64,000 nt of DNA from Candidatus Latescibacterota bacterium. GTDB lineage: Bacteria; Latescibacterota; UBA2968. Of this stretch, positions 29,471 through 38,935 are shown in pieces (within the stretch, counting starts at the first letter, position 1; each line of letters opens with the position of its first letter). A program made the position numbers and the translations under genes. The notes below the pieces were generated by a model. It was not told the DNA's origin and made no database searches. It was given only the letters and a program-made list of their open reading frames with translations. The stretch lies in contig OZ220741.1 of assembly GCA_965116885.1 (NCBI GenBank), positions 3,680,001 through 3,744,000 on the forward strand, given 5' to 3'.

Positions 29471-30224
29471 TCTCCTCCTCCCACTCCTTCAACAATTGTA
29501 CAGCCAGTTCCACGCAGTCCAGGGCGTTTTCGCCGTATCCATCCGCACCCATGTCGTCGGCAAATTCCTGTGTCACGGGGGCACCGCCTACCATGATTTT
29601 TACGTCGTCTCGCAAATCTTCGTCGATAAATGCCTCAATTGTCTTGCCCATATTCGGCATTGTCGTGGTCAACAGTGCCGACATGCCGAGCAAATTGGCT
29701 TCGTGTTCTTCGACGGCATCCATAAATTCGTCTTCGGATGTATCTACGCCGAGGTCGTGGACGACAAACCCGGCGCCGCGCAACATCATGATACACAAAT
29801 TTTTGCCAATATCGTGCAAGTCGCCTTTCACCGTACCCATAATGACCGTGCCTACCGGCTCGACGCCCGAGGCTGACAGGATGGGTTCAATATGCGCCAT
29901 CCCCGCTTTCATTGCCCGAGCACACGCGAGGACTTCGGGTACAAAAATAAAATTCTCTCGAAATTTAATCCCCACAATGCCCATGCCGGCGATCAATCCA
30001 TCGTCCATAATTTCCAGCGCGCCCACGCCTGCATTTAGGGCTTCACGCGTCAATTGATCGACATCGTGATGCGCGCCGTCGATCAATGCGGCGGCTATCG
30101 CCTGCATTTCGGGACTCGCGTTTGCGAACAGGTCGATATTCCGCTGAATTTCATCGGGACGTTCTAAAAATTCTTCTATTTCCTCTATGATAAATTCATT
30201 TTGAATATCGGATAATTCAGCCAT
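29463..30224 (-). CDS. Stand-alone corrinoid (B12-binding) protein
   Basis: Cap domain GMGIVG...FVPEVL, GDLHDIGKNL (DxHxxG), MSALLTTTM, MVGGAPV. Confidence 0.95.
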   Translation of the reverse strand: MAELSDIQNEFIIEEIEEFLERPDEIQRNIDLFANASPEMQAIAAALIDGAHHDVDQLTREALNAGVGALEIMDDGLIAGMGIVGIKFRENFIFVPEVLACARAMKAGMAHIEPILSASGVEPVGTVIMGTVKGDLHDIGKNLCIMMLRGAGFVVHDLGVDTSEDEFMDAVEEHEANLLGMSALLTTTMPNMGKTIEAFIDEDLRDDVKIMVGGAPVTQEFADDMGADGYGENALDCVELAVQLLKEWEEENE

Positions 30225-31269
30225 GAATGCTCACTGCCTCCGCATGCCAATCCACGACTGCTTTTGGGATTTCTTTCAGGTTTTCGATTGATGTTTGCAA
30301 GGGAATCGCACATTCAGGCCCCACCAGATGTACTCCTGCATTCAGGTTTTTATACACTTCTTCTTTTACGGTTTCCGGCTCTTTTGAAAATAGCGTTTCC
30401 GGATTGTTGATATTGCCGACCAGCGAGATTCGCTCTTTCATGATATCAATAGATTCATTTGGATCGTTTTTGGAGTCGTAGTGAAATGCCGCCATGCCCG
30501 TTTGCGCGATGTATTCCATACGATCAACGGTGCGCCCGCAAATATGCAAAATTAGCGGAATGGGTATGCGGTCGGCAAACTCGATGTGCAATTCGCGCAA
30601 ATACCGGTCGTAATAATCGCCGCTGACCAGATCTCCCGTTGCGTGATCGGGCAGGGTCAAGGCGTCGGCGCCTGCTTCAATTTGCGCGACACCGAATTCG
30701 ACGGTTACTTCTTTTAATTTGTCCAGAATTTGCCGCGTGTGATCCGGGTCGTCTAATGATAGGAGCAGAAAATCCTCTACGCCAAAGCAGTGATATGCCA
30801 GGGACCAGGGTCCCATTGTTTTGCCGATAATCGCCACTTCATCTCCGTATTCTTTTCGCAATATGCCAATCGCGTCCAGCACGCATTTTGTATCGGGATG
30901 GGTCAATAAGTTTGACGGGATCTCGATATCATCGACCTTGTGCCAGATCGGTTCTTTCATTTTTACTGTGGGCCAGTTGTCTTTTTGCTCCCATTGAATT
31001 TTGCACCCGAGTGCGGACGATTCTTGAATAATTGTAAATACGGGCATGATCGTGTCAAAACCGAGTTCGGTATAACCCGTTGCCGCCAGACGCGCCATGA
31101 GTTCTGGCTCTCGATTCGCCTGCGGAAATGGCGCATCGACGAGATCCATCAATTCTACGGTTGCAACCGAAGTCGGGTTACAGGTCGGTGTGCGATCCAC
31201 AGGTGCCCGATTGAGTGCGGCCAATACGCGGTCGCGCGGTTTCATTGGTTTTATTGTCTGGTTGTGCAT
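30217..31269 (-). CDS. MtaA/CmuA-family methyltransferase (UroD fold, Zn-binding)
   Basis: PRDRVLAAL, GPWSLA, QIEAGAD, LHICG (HxC), GNIN, GPECAIP. ATG 31269 has an AGGAG RBS. Confidence 0.88.
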   Translation of the reverse strand: MHNQTIKPMKPRDRVLAALNRAPVDRTPTCNPTSVATVELMDLVDAPFPQANREPELMARLAATGYTELGFDTIMPVFTIIQESSALGCKIQWEQKDNWPTVKMKEPIWHKVDDIEIPSNLLTHPDTKCVLDAIGILRKEYGDEVAIIGKTMGPWSLAYHCFGVEDFLLLSLDDPDHTRQILDKLKEVTVEFGVAQIEAGADALTLPDHATGDLVSGDYYDRYLRELHIEFADRIPIPLILHICGRTVDRMEYIAQTGMAAFHYDSKNDPNESIDIMKERISLVGNINNPETLFSKEPETVKEEVYKNLNAGVHLVGPECAIPLQTSIENLKEIPKAVVDWHAEAVSIHG

Positions 31270-31285
31270 ATTGGGACTCCTGTTC

Positions 31286-31915
31286 CTAATTTTGCGCGCT
31301 CGGGGCTGCGAGCACGCCCCGGCTGGCGGCCTGTTCCAATTCTCGCATGACGGATCGCACATTGGGGGCGCGTACGAGGAGAACGCCTATGAGGGGATCG
31401 TGTGTCATGCCGCAATCAAAGCGCACCTGGTCTTCTTCCACTTGTTCCAATTCGCCCAGTTTTGCAAGCCCACCGGCCACCAATCGAATACGCCGGTCTG
31501 CGTCTTTTTCATCTCTGTCAGCCGTGATTTTGTACGCGCCATTAGATTGGGGCGTTGCCGAAATGTGCAATCCCGATTTTTTGTCCAGGATGGTCAACGG
31601 ACGCATAGATACGTCGTCATCCATGCCGAGTTTGCACGCTTCCAGGAATAGCCGCTTCACAGAGAGCAGGTGTGTGGCGCCACACGGAAAGCGCAGCAAT
31701 CCCTCACCTGTGTCTTCCATCCCTCCCAGGACCCGCATCGCATGGTTCACGGAGTCAATACGCACTTGCGCCCCGTCTATCTGGCTATATGTGTGAACGC
31801 GAAAAGTCGTGCCCTGTGCGTTTTCTTGACGGTATAGCCCTATTGTGATGTCGTGAAAATGGACATCCATTGGCACCAATTCTATTCGCCGACCGATATC
31901 TAATATCTGTCCCAT
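31286..31915 (-). CDS. Hypothetical protein with duplicated RFxCGxTH motif
   Basis: 209 aa ORF with RBS, lying directly upstream of and co-oriented with the methyltransferase gene. Confidence 0.8.
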   Translation of the reverse strand: MGQILDIGRRIELVPMDVHFHDITIGLYRQENAQGTTFRVHTYSQIDGAQVRIDSVNHAMRVLGGMEDTGEGLLRFPCGATHLLSVKRLFLEACKLGMDDDVSMRPLTILDKKSGLHISATPQSNGAYKITADRDEKDADRRIRLVAGGLAKLGELEQVEEDQVRFDCGMTHDPLIGVLLVRAPNVRSVMRELEQAASRGVLAAPSAQN

Positions 31916-31929
31916 GAGAATCCTTCCTC

Positions 31930-32793
31930 TTACCTTTTAAGCACATATCGACACACTGCTTTGGCAAAGCCATCGTTTTCAATGTGGTCGGTTTGTAGAA
32001 TATTTTCCCCGGCCACTGCGCGATGGGTTGCTGCATCTGCATTGTGCATCAATACACCGGTTCCGGCTGCGCGCAACATGGGGAGATCATTATTGCCATC
32101 GCCCACCGCCATCACTTCATCGAGGCTGCTGCCAATATGGTTGGCAATCGCTGTGAGTGCCGCGCCTTTGTTCACATCCGGGTGCATGATTTCGATGCGA
32201 CCCGCCACGGCCCATGCCATGTAAATTTGATCGCCAAATATATTTTTTAATTCTTCAACAGTCTCATCGGCATGCCCGGGTTTGGGCAAGAGCATTATTT
32301 TGGGTGGCGCGGCCAATTCTTTCGCGCGTATTTGCTGAGCGAGACCGGCATCGACTTCATAGACCATATTGGTCATTGTGGCTACCGCGCGGCTCATTTT
32401 TGTCATGCGGTCGGTGATATAAACTTCGCAGGGGCCTTCGCTATTCATGTCACAGCGGCAATATACAAAATTCATGAGCCGGTCATCGGCATATTGGATC
32501 AGCGATAAGAATATTTCATCGGGCAAACGCTGTTCGTGCATGAGCTGGCGTGTGCCATTCGTTTTGGGAGCAAAAACCATTGCGCCATTATAACATCCGG
32601 CATAGAGCGCGTCAGCCACGCTGGGATTGCGTACAAACGGGATTTGATTGCGTTCGAAATTGCGCCCACTCATAGACGCTACAGCTACGCCGCGATTCAA
32701 CAATTCGCAAATTGCCGCCATCGAAGCATCCGATGGGGTGTTGTTGTGATTTAAGATCGTTCCATCCAGGTCAAAAGCTACGAGTTTGACCAC
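31930..32793 (-). CDS. Cof-type HAD-IIB hydrolase
   Basis: AFDLDGT, SGR, VNKGAAL, GDGNNDLPML. GTG 32793 has an AGGAG RBS. Confidence 0.88.
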   Translation of the reverse strand: MVKLVAFDLDGTILNHNNTPSDASMAAICELLNRGVAVASMSGRNFERNQIPFVRNPSVADALYAGCYNGAMVFAPKTNGTRQLMHEQRLPDEIFLSLIQYADDRLMNFVYCRCDMNSEGPCEVYITDRMTKMSRAVATMTNMVYEVDAGLAQQIRAKELAAPPKIMLLPKPGHADETVEELKNIFGDQIYMAWAVAGRIEIMHPDVNKGAALTAIANHIGSSLDEVMAVGDGNNDLPMLRAAGTGVLMHNADAATHRAVAGENILQTDHIENDGFAKAVCRYVLKR

Positions 32794-32818
32794 GCGGGTT
32801 CTCCTCATTGGGGTGATT

Positions 32819-33856
32819 TTAATCAACCAAAGGCAACCGAACAGTTCCGCCTCGTTCTGTTGATCGGTGAACTGCCTCGGTGAATTCCATATATTTCATG
32901 CCTTCGTAAAAACTGGTATCGCCCTGAGGCCCACCTTTGATGGCATTGATAAAATCGGCTTCCACAGTCCATTCGGTAGCTTCATTTTCAGGAATGGGAA
33001 TTTGTTGTGGCCGCCTGTCGCCTGTTTTTGCGCCGAGGATTTGCGTTCCCATGTCGTAGATCAATGTGCCTTTGCTGCCATAAGCTTCAACGACGGATTT
33101 TCCACCAAATTGCGCGACGCCCGAAAATAGAAATGCCGCACGCGCGCCATTTTCCATTTTGCCTATGATATGCGCCATATCAGGTGTTTCAACCGGTCCA
33201 GTGCCAGACCCATCGGGTAGTGGTCGCTCTTTTGTAAAAATTTCAGTTTCAGCCGTTATGGTTGACATATAGCCAAATACGCGCGCCACGCGCTCGACGG
33301 TAATGCCCATTCCCAGGATATTCAAGCCCGAATATCGGCGCATTTGCCGCCAGTGCAATGGCTCTTCAGTATCCCAATAGCGCCCGCCCAGGTCGCGGAC
33401 ATAGACGTGGAAAATATCACCCAGATACCCTTCATCTATGAGCCGACGCAAGAAACGCCCGCCTTTCCAGGGGGGGGCTGGACAAATTTGGGTTACGAGA
33501 TTGGATTCTCGACTTCTGGCATACATCAATCGGGCTTCGCGCAAGTTCATCGCCATGCGCGCCTGTACAAAGGTGTGTTTGCCCGCGTCTAAGGACGCGA
33601 GGACAAATTCACAGTGTTTGTACGGCCAGGTGCCGATCATTACCGCGTCGATGTCGTCCCGGTGCAACAGGGCCTGTGGGTCGGTCAGGGCTTCGGCTGA
33701 TAAGCCTTGCTCGGCTATGACCTTTTCACCGCTTTCTATGCTGCGGTTGCATATTGCCACGACTTCGGCATCGTCAATTTTTGCCAATCCCGGAAAATGT
33801 CGGCTCCGAAAAATACCACCCGCACCAATAATGCCAATGCGAATTTTATCTGCCAT
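32819..33856 (-). CDS. Gfo/Idh/MocA family oxidoreductase (paralog 1)
   Basis: IRIGIIGAGG, DIDAVMIGTWP, AGKHTFVQARMA. Confidence 0.9.
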   Translation of the reverse strand: MADKIRIGIIGAGGIFRSRHFPGLAKIDDAEVVAICNRSIESGEKVIAEQGLSAEALTDPQALLHRDDIDAVMIGTWPYKHCEFVLASLDAGKHTFVQARMAMNLREARLMYARSRESNLVTQICPAPPWKGGRFLRRLIDEGYLGDIFHVYVRDLGGRYWDTEEPLHWRQMRRYSGLNILGMGITVERVARVFGYMSTITAETEIFTKERPLPDGSGTGPVETPDMAHIIGKMENGARAAFLFSGVAQFGGKSVVEAYGSKGTLIYDMGTQILGAKTGDRRPQQIPIPENEATEWTVEADFINAIKGGPQGDTSFYEGMKYMEFTEAVHRSTERGGTVRLPLVD

Positions 33857-33955
33857 TTTTTACCTCGCTGTGTTGTCGTTGTTCTTCTCAATATAGAAAC
33901 TGCAGTGCGAATGTATCACAGTTTTTGCCGATTAGCAAATGAATCGGTCACGGCC

Positions 33956-34819
33956 TCAGGCTGTATCGAACTTCCCTGAGTTCTCTATATATCTTTCATA
34001 GGGAACAAGGTTGACGCCACTCCCCCTGTGGATAAAGATCGAACTCTCGCTATATTCGCCATGGCGAAAGATGGGCTCGAATCCATAGGATCCGACTTCG
34101 GCCTGGAGCCGTCTCCAATCCCGATAACACCGCTTTGGAATGTAGGTCCTGCCATTCACAACAATTGTGTCCTCGCACGCTTCGATCCGCTCCCGTTCGG
34201 ACGGGTATTTTTCGAGCGGTTCGTAGTAGTAATCTGTTGACGGATCGTAAAGACAGTCGTTGTCATAGATGTCATAGGTTTGGCCAGTTGATCTGTCGAT
34301 GACTTTCATGTCCGGAGTATGTCGGGAGGACTCGTAAACCGAGGAACTCACGAGATAGTAGCCCTCAGGCTTCAGTCGCGCCTTGACGCTTTCGAAGACA
34401 GATCTGCGCTCTTCTACAAATACGATGTGATTGATGCAGTAGCTGTCGACGATCAAATCGAACTGGTTTCCACTGTGCGGGATCTGGGTTACGTCCATCA
34501 CCTCATACTGAATGGACAAACCTCGAAGGGTAGCTATTTCCCGGGCCGTGTGGATCGCTTCAGGTATCACGTCGTAACCGGTGACCTGGTAACCCCGCTC
34601 GGCGAGAAATAACGCGCCTGGCCCCACACCGGTGCCGAGTTCGAGAGCCGTTGGATTCGGTGTCTCAAACCGGAGCCTCGGCAAGGCCGCTTCGAGAAAG
34701 TTGCGAGATGAAAAGTCGTGGAAGTCCGTGCCTCCATACGTCCTTTTTGCCCAATTCTCCAGACTCATCCGCGTCATGATTTCGTATCGCCGAATATTTT
34801 CACGGAAGTAGTATCTCAT
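33956..34819 (-). CDS. Class I SAM-dependent methyltransferase
   Basis: ALELGTGVG, GYDV, FDLIVDSYCINHI, LKPEG. Confidence 0.82.
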   Translation of the reverse strand: MRYYFRENIRRYEIMTRMSLENWAKRTYGGTDFHDFSSRNFLEAALPRLRFETPNPTALELGTGVGPGALFLAERGYQVTGYDVIPEAIHTAREIATLRGLSIQYEVMDVTQIPHSGNQFDLIVDSYCINHIVFVEERRSVFESVKARLKPEGYYLVSSSVYESSRHTPDMKVIDRSTGQTYDIYDNDCLYDPSTDYYYEPLEKYPSERERIEACEDTIVVNGRTYIPKRCYRDWRRLQAEVGSYGFEPIFRHGEYSESSIFIHRGSGVNLVPYERYIENSGKFDTA

Positions 34820-36130
34820 TTAATCATTCCTGTTTTCGCTTTTCGCCAAACTGGCACAGACCAGTTCTTTATCATTTCGGGCGAACACATGTTTATAGGC
34901 AAACGCAGGATGCGCCCACGTGACACCCCCTCTGCGGTTCAACTGGTCGCGCGTCGGTTCGATCAGTTTCGCGCGGCTGATGATATTCAGCCCGTCCGGC
35001 GAAAGCGTTGTAATCAGGAGTTCGCCGCGCTCATTGAACATCCAGACCTTGTCACCGTTTTTGATAAAATGGATGTTGCTCCAGCGCGCTTTCGGAACCG
35101 CGGTGAGGTCTTCCCAAATCCGATCGCCGTTGCGGGCATCGAGACAGCGGAGTTCCCCATAGCTATCCACACCGTAAATGTAATCGCCGAGTCGGATCGG
35201 GGTTGACATCGTGGAATGGAGCGCGTCTGTGTTCCGCTCATTTTTTCCCTTACGGTGCCAACCGAATTGCATCATCGGCTTATCTGGATTCAGTTTCAGC
35301 AGCAGCGAGCCTTCAAAGAAATCGGTGATAAACAATTCATTTTGATAAAAAACGGGACTTGCGATCCCGATCTCCATGCGAGTCGGTGGAAACGGATGGC
35401 GCCAATGTGTGCTGCCTGTCTGCGGGTTGAGCCCAGCGATATTTCTACCTGTCCAACAGACGAGCACCCGCTCGTCACCCTGTGTAATCACAATTGGAGC
35501 TGAGTAAGATGCGTTGTCTTCAAGGGCTTTCCATTTTTCGGCTCCGGTTTCGCGATCAAAAGCGACAATGCACGCTCCGGGCGTGCCGCCGATTTGTACG
35601 ATGAGGTGTGAACCCTCGACAATCGGCGCGCTCGCAATCCCCCAGGTTGGCATCTCAATATTGTATTCGGTGTTGAGGTCTTTTTTCCACTTCAACGTGC
35701 CGGTTGCAGCATCAAAGCAGTGGAGATGCCCCATCGCCCCCAGGGCGTAAGCGAGTCCGTCATGTATGATAACATTGGCTCGAGGCCCGGCGGTATAGTC
35801 AATGCGGTATTCACACTCGTAGGTGAAGGACCAAATCGATTCCCCTGTTTCCCAGTCGAAACAGTGAACGCGTTCGACCTGTTTCGGTTTCGCGAGACGG
35901 TCAGTAATGTAAACGCGCCCGTCAGCGACGCTCGGGCCGCTATAGCCGCTGCCGATTGGCACTCGCCAACGGATCGGGATCTCCGGTCCGTCAAATGCCT
36001 CCAATATCCCGGTTTCGCTCCAAACACCGTCCCGGTGCGGTCCCCGCCACTGCGGCCATTCATCGGCCAAAACTGAAAATATGGGAAAAAGCACAGCGAG
36101 CAGTATTAGTTTCAATAGGATTCGGTTCAT
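34820..36130 (-). CDS. Secreted PQQ-like beta-propeller protein
   Basis: Signal peptide, WPQWRGP, repeated D..TG...W propeller motifs, WAHPA. Confidence 0.85.
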   Translation of the reverse strand: MNRILLKLILLAVLFPIFSVLADEWPQWRGPHRDGVWSETGILEAFDGPEIPIRWRVPIGSGYSGPSVADGRVYITDRLAKPKQVERVHCFDWETGESIWSFTYECEYRIDYTAGPRANVIIHDGLAYALGAMGHLHCFDAATGTLKWKKDLNTEYNIEMPTWGIASAPIVEGSHLIVQIGGTPGACIVAFDRETGAEKWKALEDNASYSAPIVITQGDERVLVCWTGRNIAGLNPQTGSTHWRHPFPPTRMEIGIASPVFYQNELFITDFFEGSLLLKLNPDKPMMQFGWHRKGKNERNTDALHSTMSTPIRLGDYIYGVDSYGELRCLDARNGDRIWEDLTAVPKARWSNIHFIKNGDKVWMFNERGELLITTLSPDGLNIISRAKLIEPTRDQLNRRGGVTWAHPAFAYKHVFARNDKELVCASLAKSENRND

Positions 36131-36132
36131 GG

Positions 36133-37485
36133 TTAATCATGTCCTTTTTTAAAACGCAAGTTTTTGACCCGGTTTCCAGTCAGCCTGAACCCTGTAACTT
36201 GTCCCGTATCGTCTCGCGTAAAATAAACTTCTGGAAAAAACCACGCATCTCCGACGAAATGATCATCGTTACAGGTTAGCGATATGTCGTCATGGCGTCT
36301 GTGTTGCGCCACAAGCCGGTTCCCTCGCACACCAATGGTATAGGTGGTATCGAGTTCTTCTGTGTAATAAGCGCCTTCGTATTCTGACAACTGCTCAGGT
36401 GATAGGGGGGCGGTCTCGGTGCGTTCAGGGGTTTGCGTATCCGGCTGGGGTGCTTCGGGCGCGAGAACATCCGCGAGATAGAGATCAGCGACCTTTTTTG
36501 CCAGATTAAGCGGGTTAAAGGTGTCCAGATTACACAATATGACAATGCCAAATTTTTGATCCGGAAAACGTATGAGATGGCTGCGAAATCCCCGCCAGGA
36601 TCCGCCGTGCCCGACTGTTTTCTGTGCTCTGTACTCGCCAGTGTCCAATCCAAAGGCGTAGCTGATCTGTTCTCCATTATTGAGAACGCCCCGCTGATGC
36701 ATCTGCTCAATCACTGCCTGTCCGCCTATTCGTGCATCGTCAAAGTTCAGAATCCACTTTGACAGATCTTCTACTGTTGAATAGAGCGAACTCGAACCGA
36801 GAGCGGTTAAGTTGTTCACGGCATTCTTGAACCCATTATCTTTCACGGACAAATAGGAATACGCCCGGTTTTTTACAATCATCTCGTGGTCATCGTGAAA
36901 GTGGGTGCTGGTCATGGCGAGGGGCTTAAAGATGTTGGCGTCCGTCCATTCGCGAAATGAATCTCCCGTTATTTTTTCAACGATTTCTGCCAGCAGATTA
37001 TACCCCGTATTTGAGTATAAAAACGCTGTTCCTGGCTCGAAATTGAGTTCTCTCTGGCGCCTTACCATTTTCAAAATATGCTTAAACGAAATCACGTCAT
37101 CCATCTGTCCGCCAGCGATGACAAGTGCCTGTACCCAATCCCGCAATCCACTCGTGTGATGCACCAGATGTCGAATCGTTATTTTTGTTCCAAAATCCGG
37201 AACATCGGGCAAGTGCATCCGAATATCGTCATCCAGCGAGAGTTTCCCTTCGTGCAACAACGTGGCGATGGCAAAGCCCGCAAATTGCTTGGAGACCGAA
37301 GCAATGTCGAAGATGGTTGTCGGCGCAATCGGGATGTCGTATTCCAGATTCGCCATACCGTATCCGCGTTTGTAGATAATTTCACTGTCTTTGATAACCG
37401 ATAGAGCCGCGCCAGGGGAATCTGGCTTGTCCCATTCCGCGAACACTTGATCAACTTTAGCCTCAAGTGACTCGTTATTTGGCAT
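36133..37485 (-). CDS. Serine hydrolase (beta-lactamase class C / D-aminopeptidase-like)
   Basis: IASVSKQF (SxxK), HHTSGL, YSN, HGG. Confidence 0.88.
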   Translation of the reverse strand: MPNNESLEAKVDQVFAEWDKPDSPGAALSVIKDSEIIYKRGYGMANLEYDIPIAPTTIFDIASVSKQFAGFAIATLLHEGKLSLDDDIRMHLPDVPDFGTKITIRHLVHHTSGLRDWVQALVIAGGQMDDVISFKHILKMVRRQRELNFEPGTAFLYSNTGYNLLAEIVEKITGDSFREWTDANIFKPLAMTSTHFHDDHEMIVKNRAYSYLSVKDNGFKNAVNNLTALGSSSLYSTVEDLSKWILNFDDARIGGQAVIEQMHQRGVLNNGEQISYAFGLDTGEYRAQKTVGHGGSWRGFRSHLIRFPDQKFGIVILCNLDTFNPLNLAKKVADLYLADVLAPEAPQPDTQTPERTETAPLSPEQLSEYEGAYYTEELDTTYTIGVRGNRLVAQHRRHDDISLTCNDDHFVGDAWFFPEVYFTRDDTGQVTGFRLTGNRVKNLRFKKGHD

Positions 37486-37638
37486 TGGTTACCTTCTCTC
37501 GAAGAATTTCTCGCAAAGCCACCCATCAGAAATGCTTTAACGGTTCTCCTGTTCCTGAACCGCGAATGCGGTTGGGTGAAGGCCAAGCTACCGTGTGGCG
37601 TGTTGCTTCAACGGAATGTTAAGAGAGAGACCTGGATT

Positions 37639-38679
37639 TCAACTAATTGGTTTAGGCACGAGCCGTCCATCTTCGATGGTATAGTCTCGAAATACGCTAA
37701 CTGTATTTTCAAGGAATTCATGAAGAAGGCTAATTGCTCTTAATGCATCTCTCTTCATTGATAACTCAGTAATCGGGCTTTTAGGATGTATGTGTTTATT
37801 TCGTATTCTATTTATAGATTCTAAGACCGCGGCTTGTTCTGAAGTTATCAGGCCAAATGATTGAAGTCGTGGGATTTTCTGACCTAGAGTTTCTTCTTGT
37901 ATTATTTGTTCTCTAATTGATTTATCGATTTCATATCTCTCTATGAGGTTGTTACATATTCGGTCCGCTACCGTTGCAGTTGAGGCTATACAAGAAAAAA
38001 AATGACCGTCTATATATGTATTACGTGCCTCAAGTAACAATGGTCGTATTTCATCATCATCATGTATTATCAGTGTTGGTAATCTCAGGTGACGCTTAAC
38101 CTTATCGACCGCAGTGCGTTTTATTTCGTCAATCTGTAATCTCTTAAGCTGTAGTGTAAATGCTCGCTTTTGAGCTGGAGTACCAATATAACTGTTCTTA
38201 AGCAAATCTATATATACTTTGAGAAATCCTTCTTCAGAGGTTAATTGCAATCCTTCATATCCCAACGCTTTTTTTAACAGTTTGAACTGATTGCCATCTT
38301 CTAAAAAACCCAGCTTTCCAAATGCAATATAATAACGTTCATTCTCTCCTTGGCAGATGAAGATATATGGCCTTCCCCAGTACTGCTTATTCAGTTTAAT
38401 ACGTTCAATTCCTCTTATATCAGGATGTCTAATTTCTTCATCCTTTTTTATAGGCCTCGCTGTTTTGATGTTTATAGTCTCTATCATACCACCAGTCTCG
38501 TCGTTCAAATAAATAGTGGGACCTTTTAATGACTTCCATAGCAATAATCCTGAGCGGAGATGTATAGGACCTGCTTGACGAGATGTATCTACTCGCTTTT
38601 GAATCTCAGGAAAGACCCAAGTTCGGATTATACGCTCAAAAAGCAGTTGAGCAGGTGTTTTTTGTCGTTGCGCTGCCAT
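37639..38679 (-). CDS. Hypothetical protein with C-terminal HEPN/DUF4145-like domain
   Basis: AT-rich ORF with C-terminal EARNTYIDGHF...TLGQKI...INRIRNKHIHP (RNxxxH). Confidence 0.7.
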   Translation of the reverse strand: MAAQRQKTPAQLLFERIIRTWVFPEIQKRVDTSRQAGPIHLRSGLLLWKSLKGPTIYLNDETGGMIETINIKTARPIKKDEEIRHPDIRGIERIKLNKQYWGRPYIFICQGENERYYIAFGKLGFLEDGNQFKLLKKALGYEGLQLTSEEGFLKVYIDLLKNSYIGTPAQKRAFTLQLKRLQIDEIKRTAVDKVKRHLRLPTLIIHDDDEIRPLLLEARNTYIDGHFFSCIASTATVADRICNNLIERYEIDKSIREQIIQEETLGQKIPRLQSFGLITSEQAAVLESINRIRNKHIHPKSPITELSMKRDALRAISLLHEFLENTVSVFRDYTIEDGRLVPKPIS

Positions 38680-38689
38680 AAACTCAGTC

Positions 38690-38920
38690 TCAGTTTGCCA
38701 CTACCAGTGCGTCTTTTGCCTTGCAAGGCAGTTCGACGAGGATGAAATAGGATGCGGGATACAAGTAGTCTTCCCACGATTCGTCAATGACTCTCAAATA
38801 TCCCTCTTGCGCTGCTTCTTCGTCGGGCAAAATCTGATATATTTTCCGCTTCTCCAGATCGTCGCAGTCTCTATTTTCGATACACAGCGCGAATTGAGAT
38901 GATGATCGGGTATTTTTCAT
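38690..38920 (-). CDS. Small acidic hypothetical protein (RVIDESxEDYLYP motif)
   Basis: 76 aa ORF with a conserved-looking motif, situated among TA genes. Confidence 0.7.
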   Translation of the reverse strand: MKNTRSSSQFALCIENRDCDDLEKRKIYQILPDEEAAQEGYLRVIDESWEDYLYPASYFILVELPCKAKDALVVAN

Positions 38921-38935
38921 TTTTACCACTCCAGA

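Noticed and set aside
30217..31269. Uroporphyrinogen decarboxylase hemE
   Set aside because: Lacks the RQAGR motif, has HxC...C Zn ligands and sits beside a corrinoid protein
31915..33956. Cobalamin or SAM riboswitch upstream of the corrinoid operon
   Set aside because: Intergenic gaps are too short or lack recognisable B12-box or SAM-I cores
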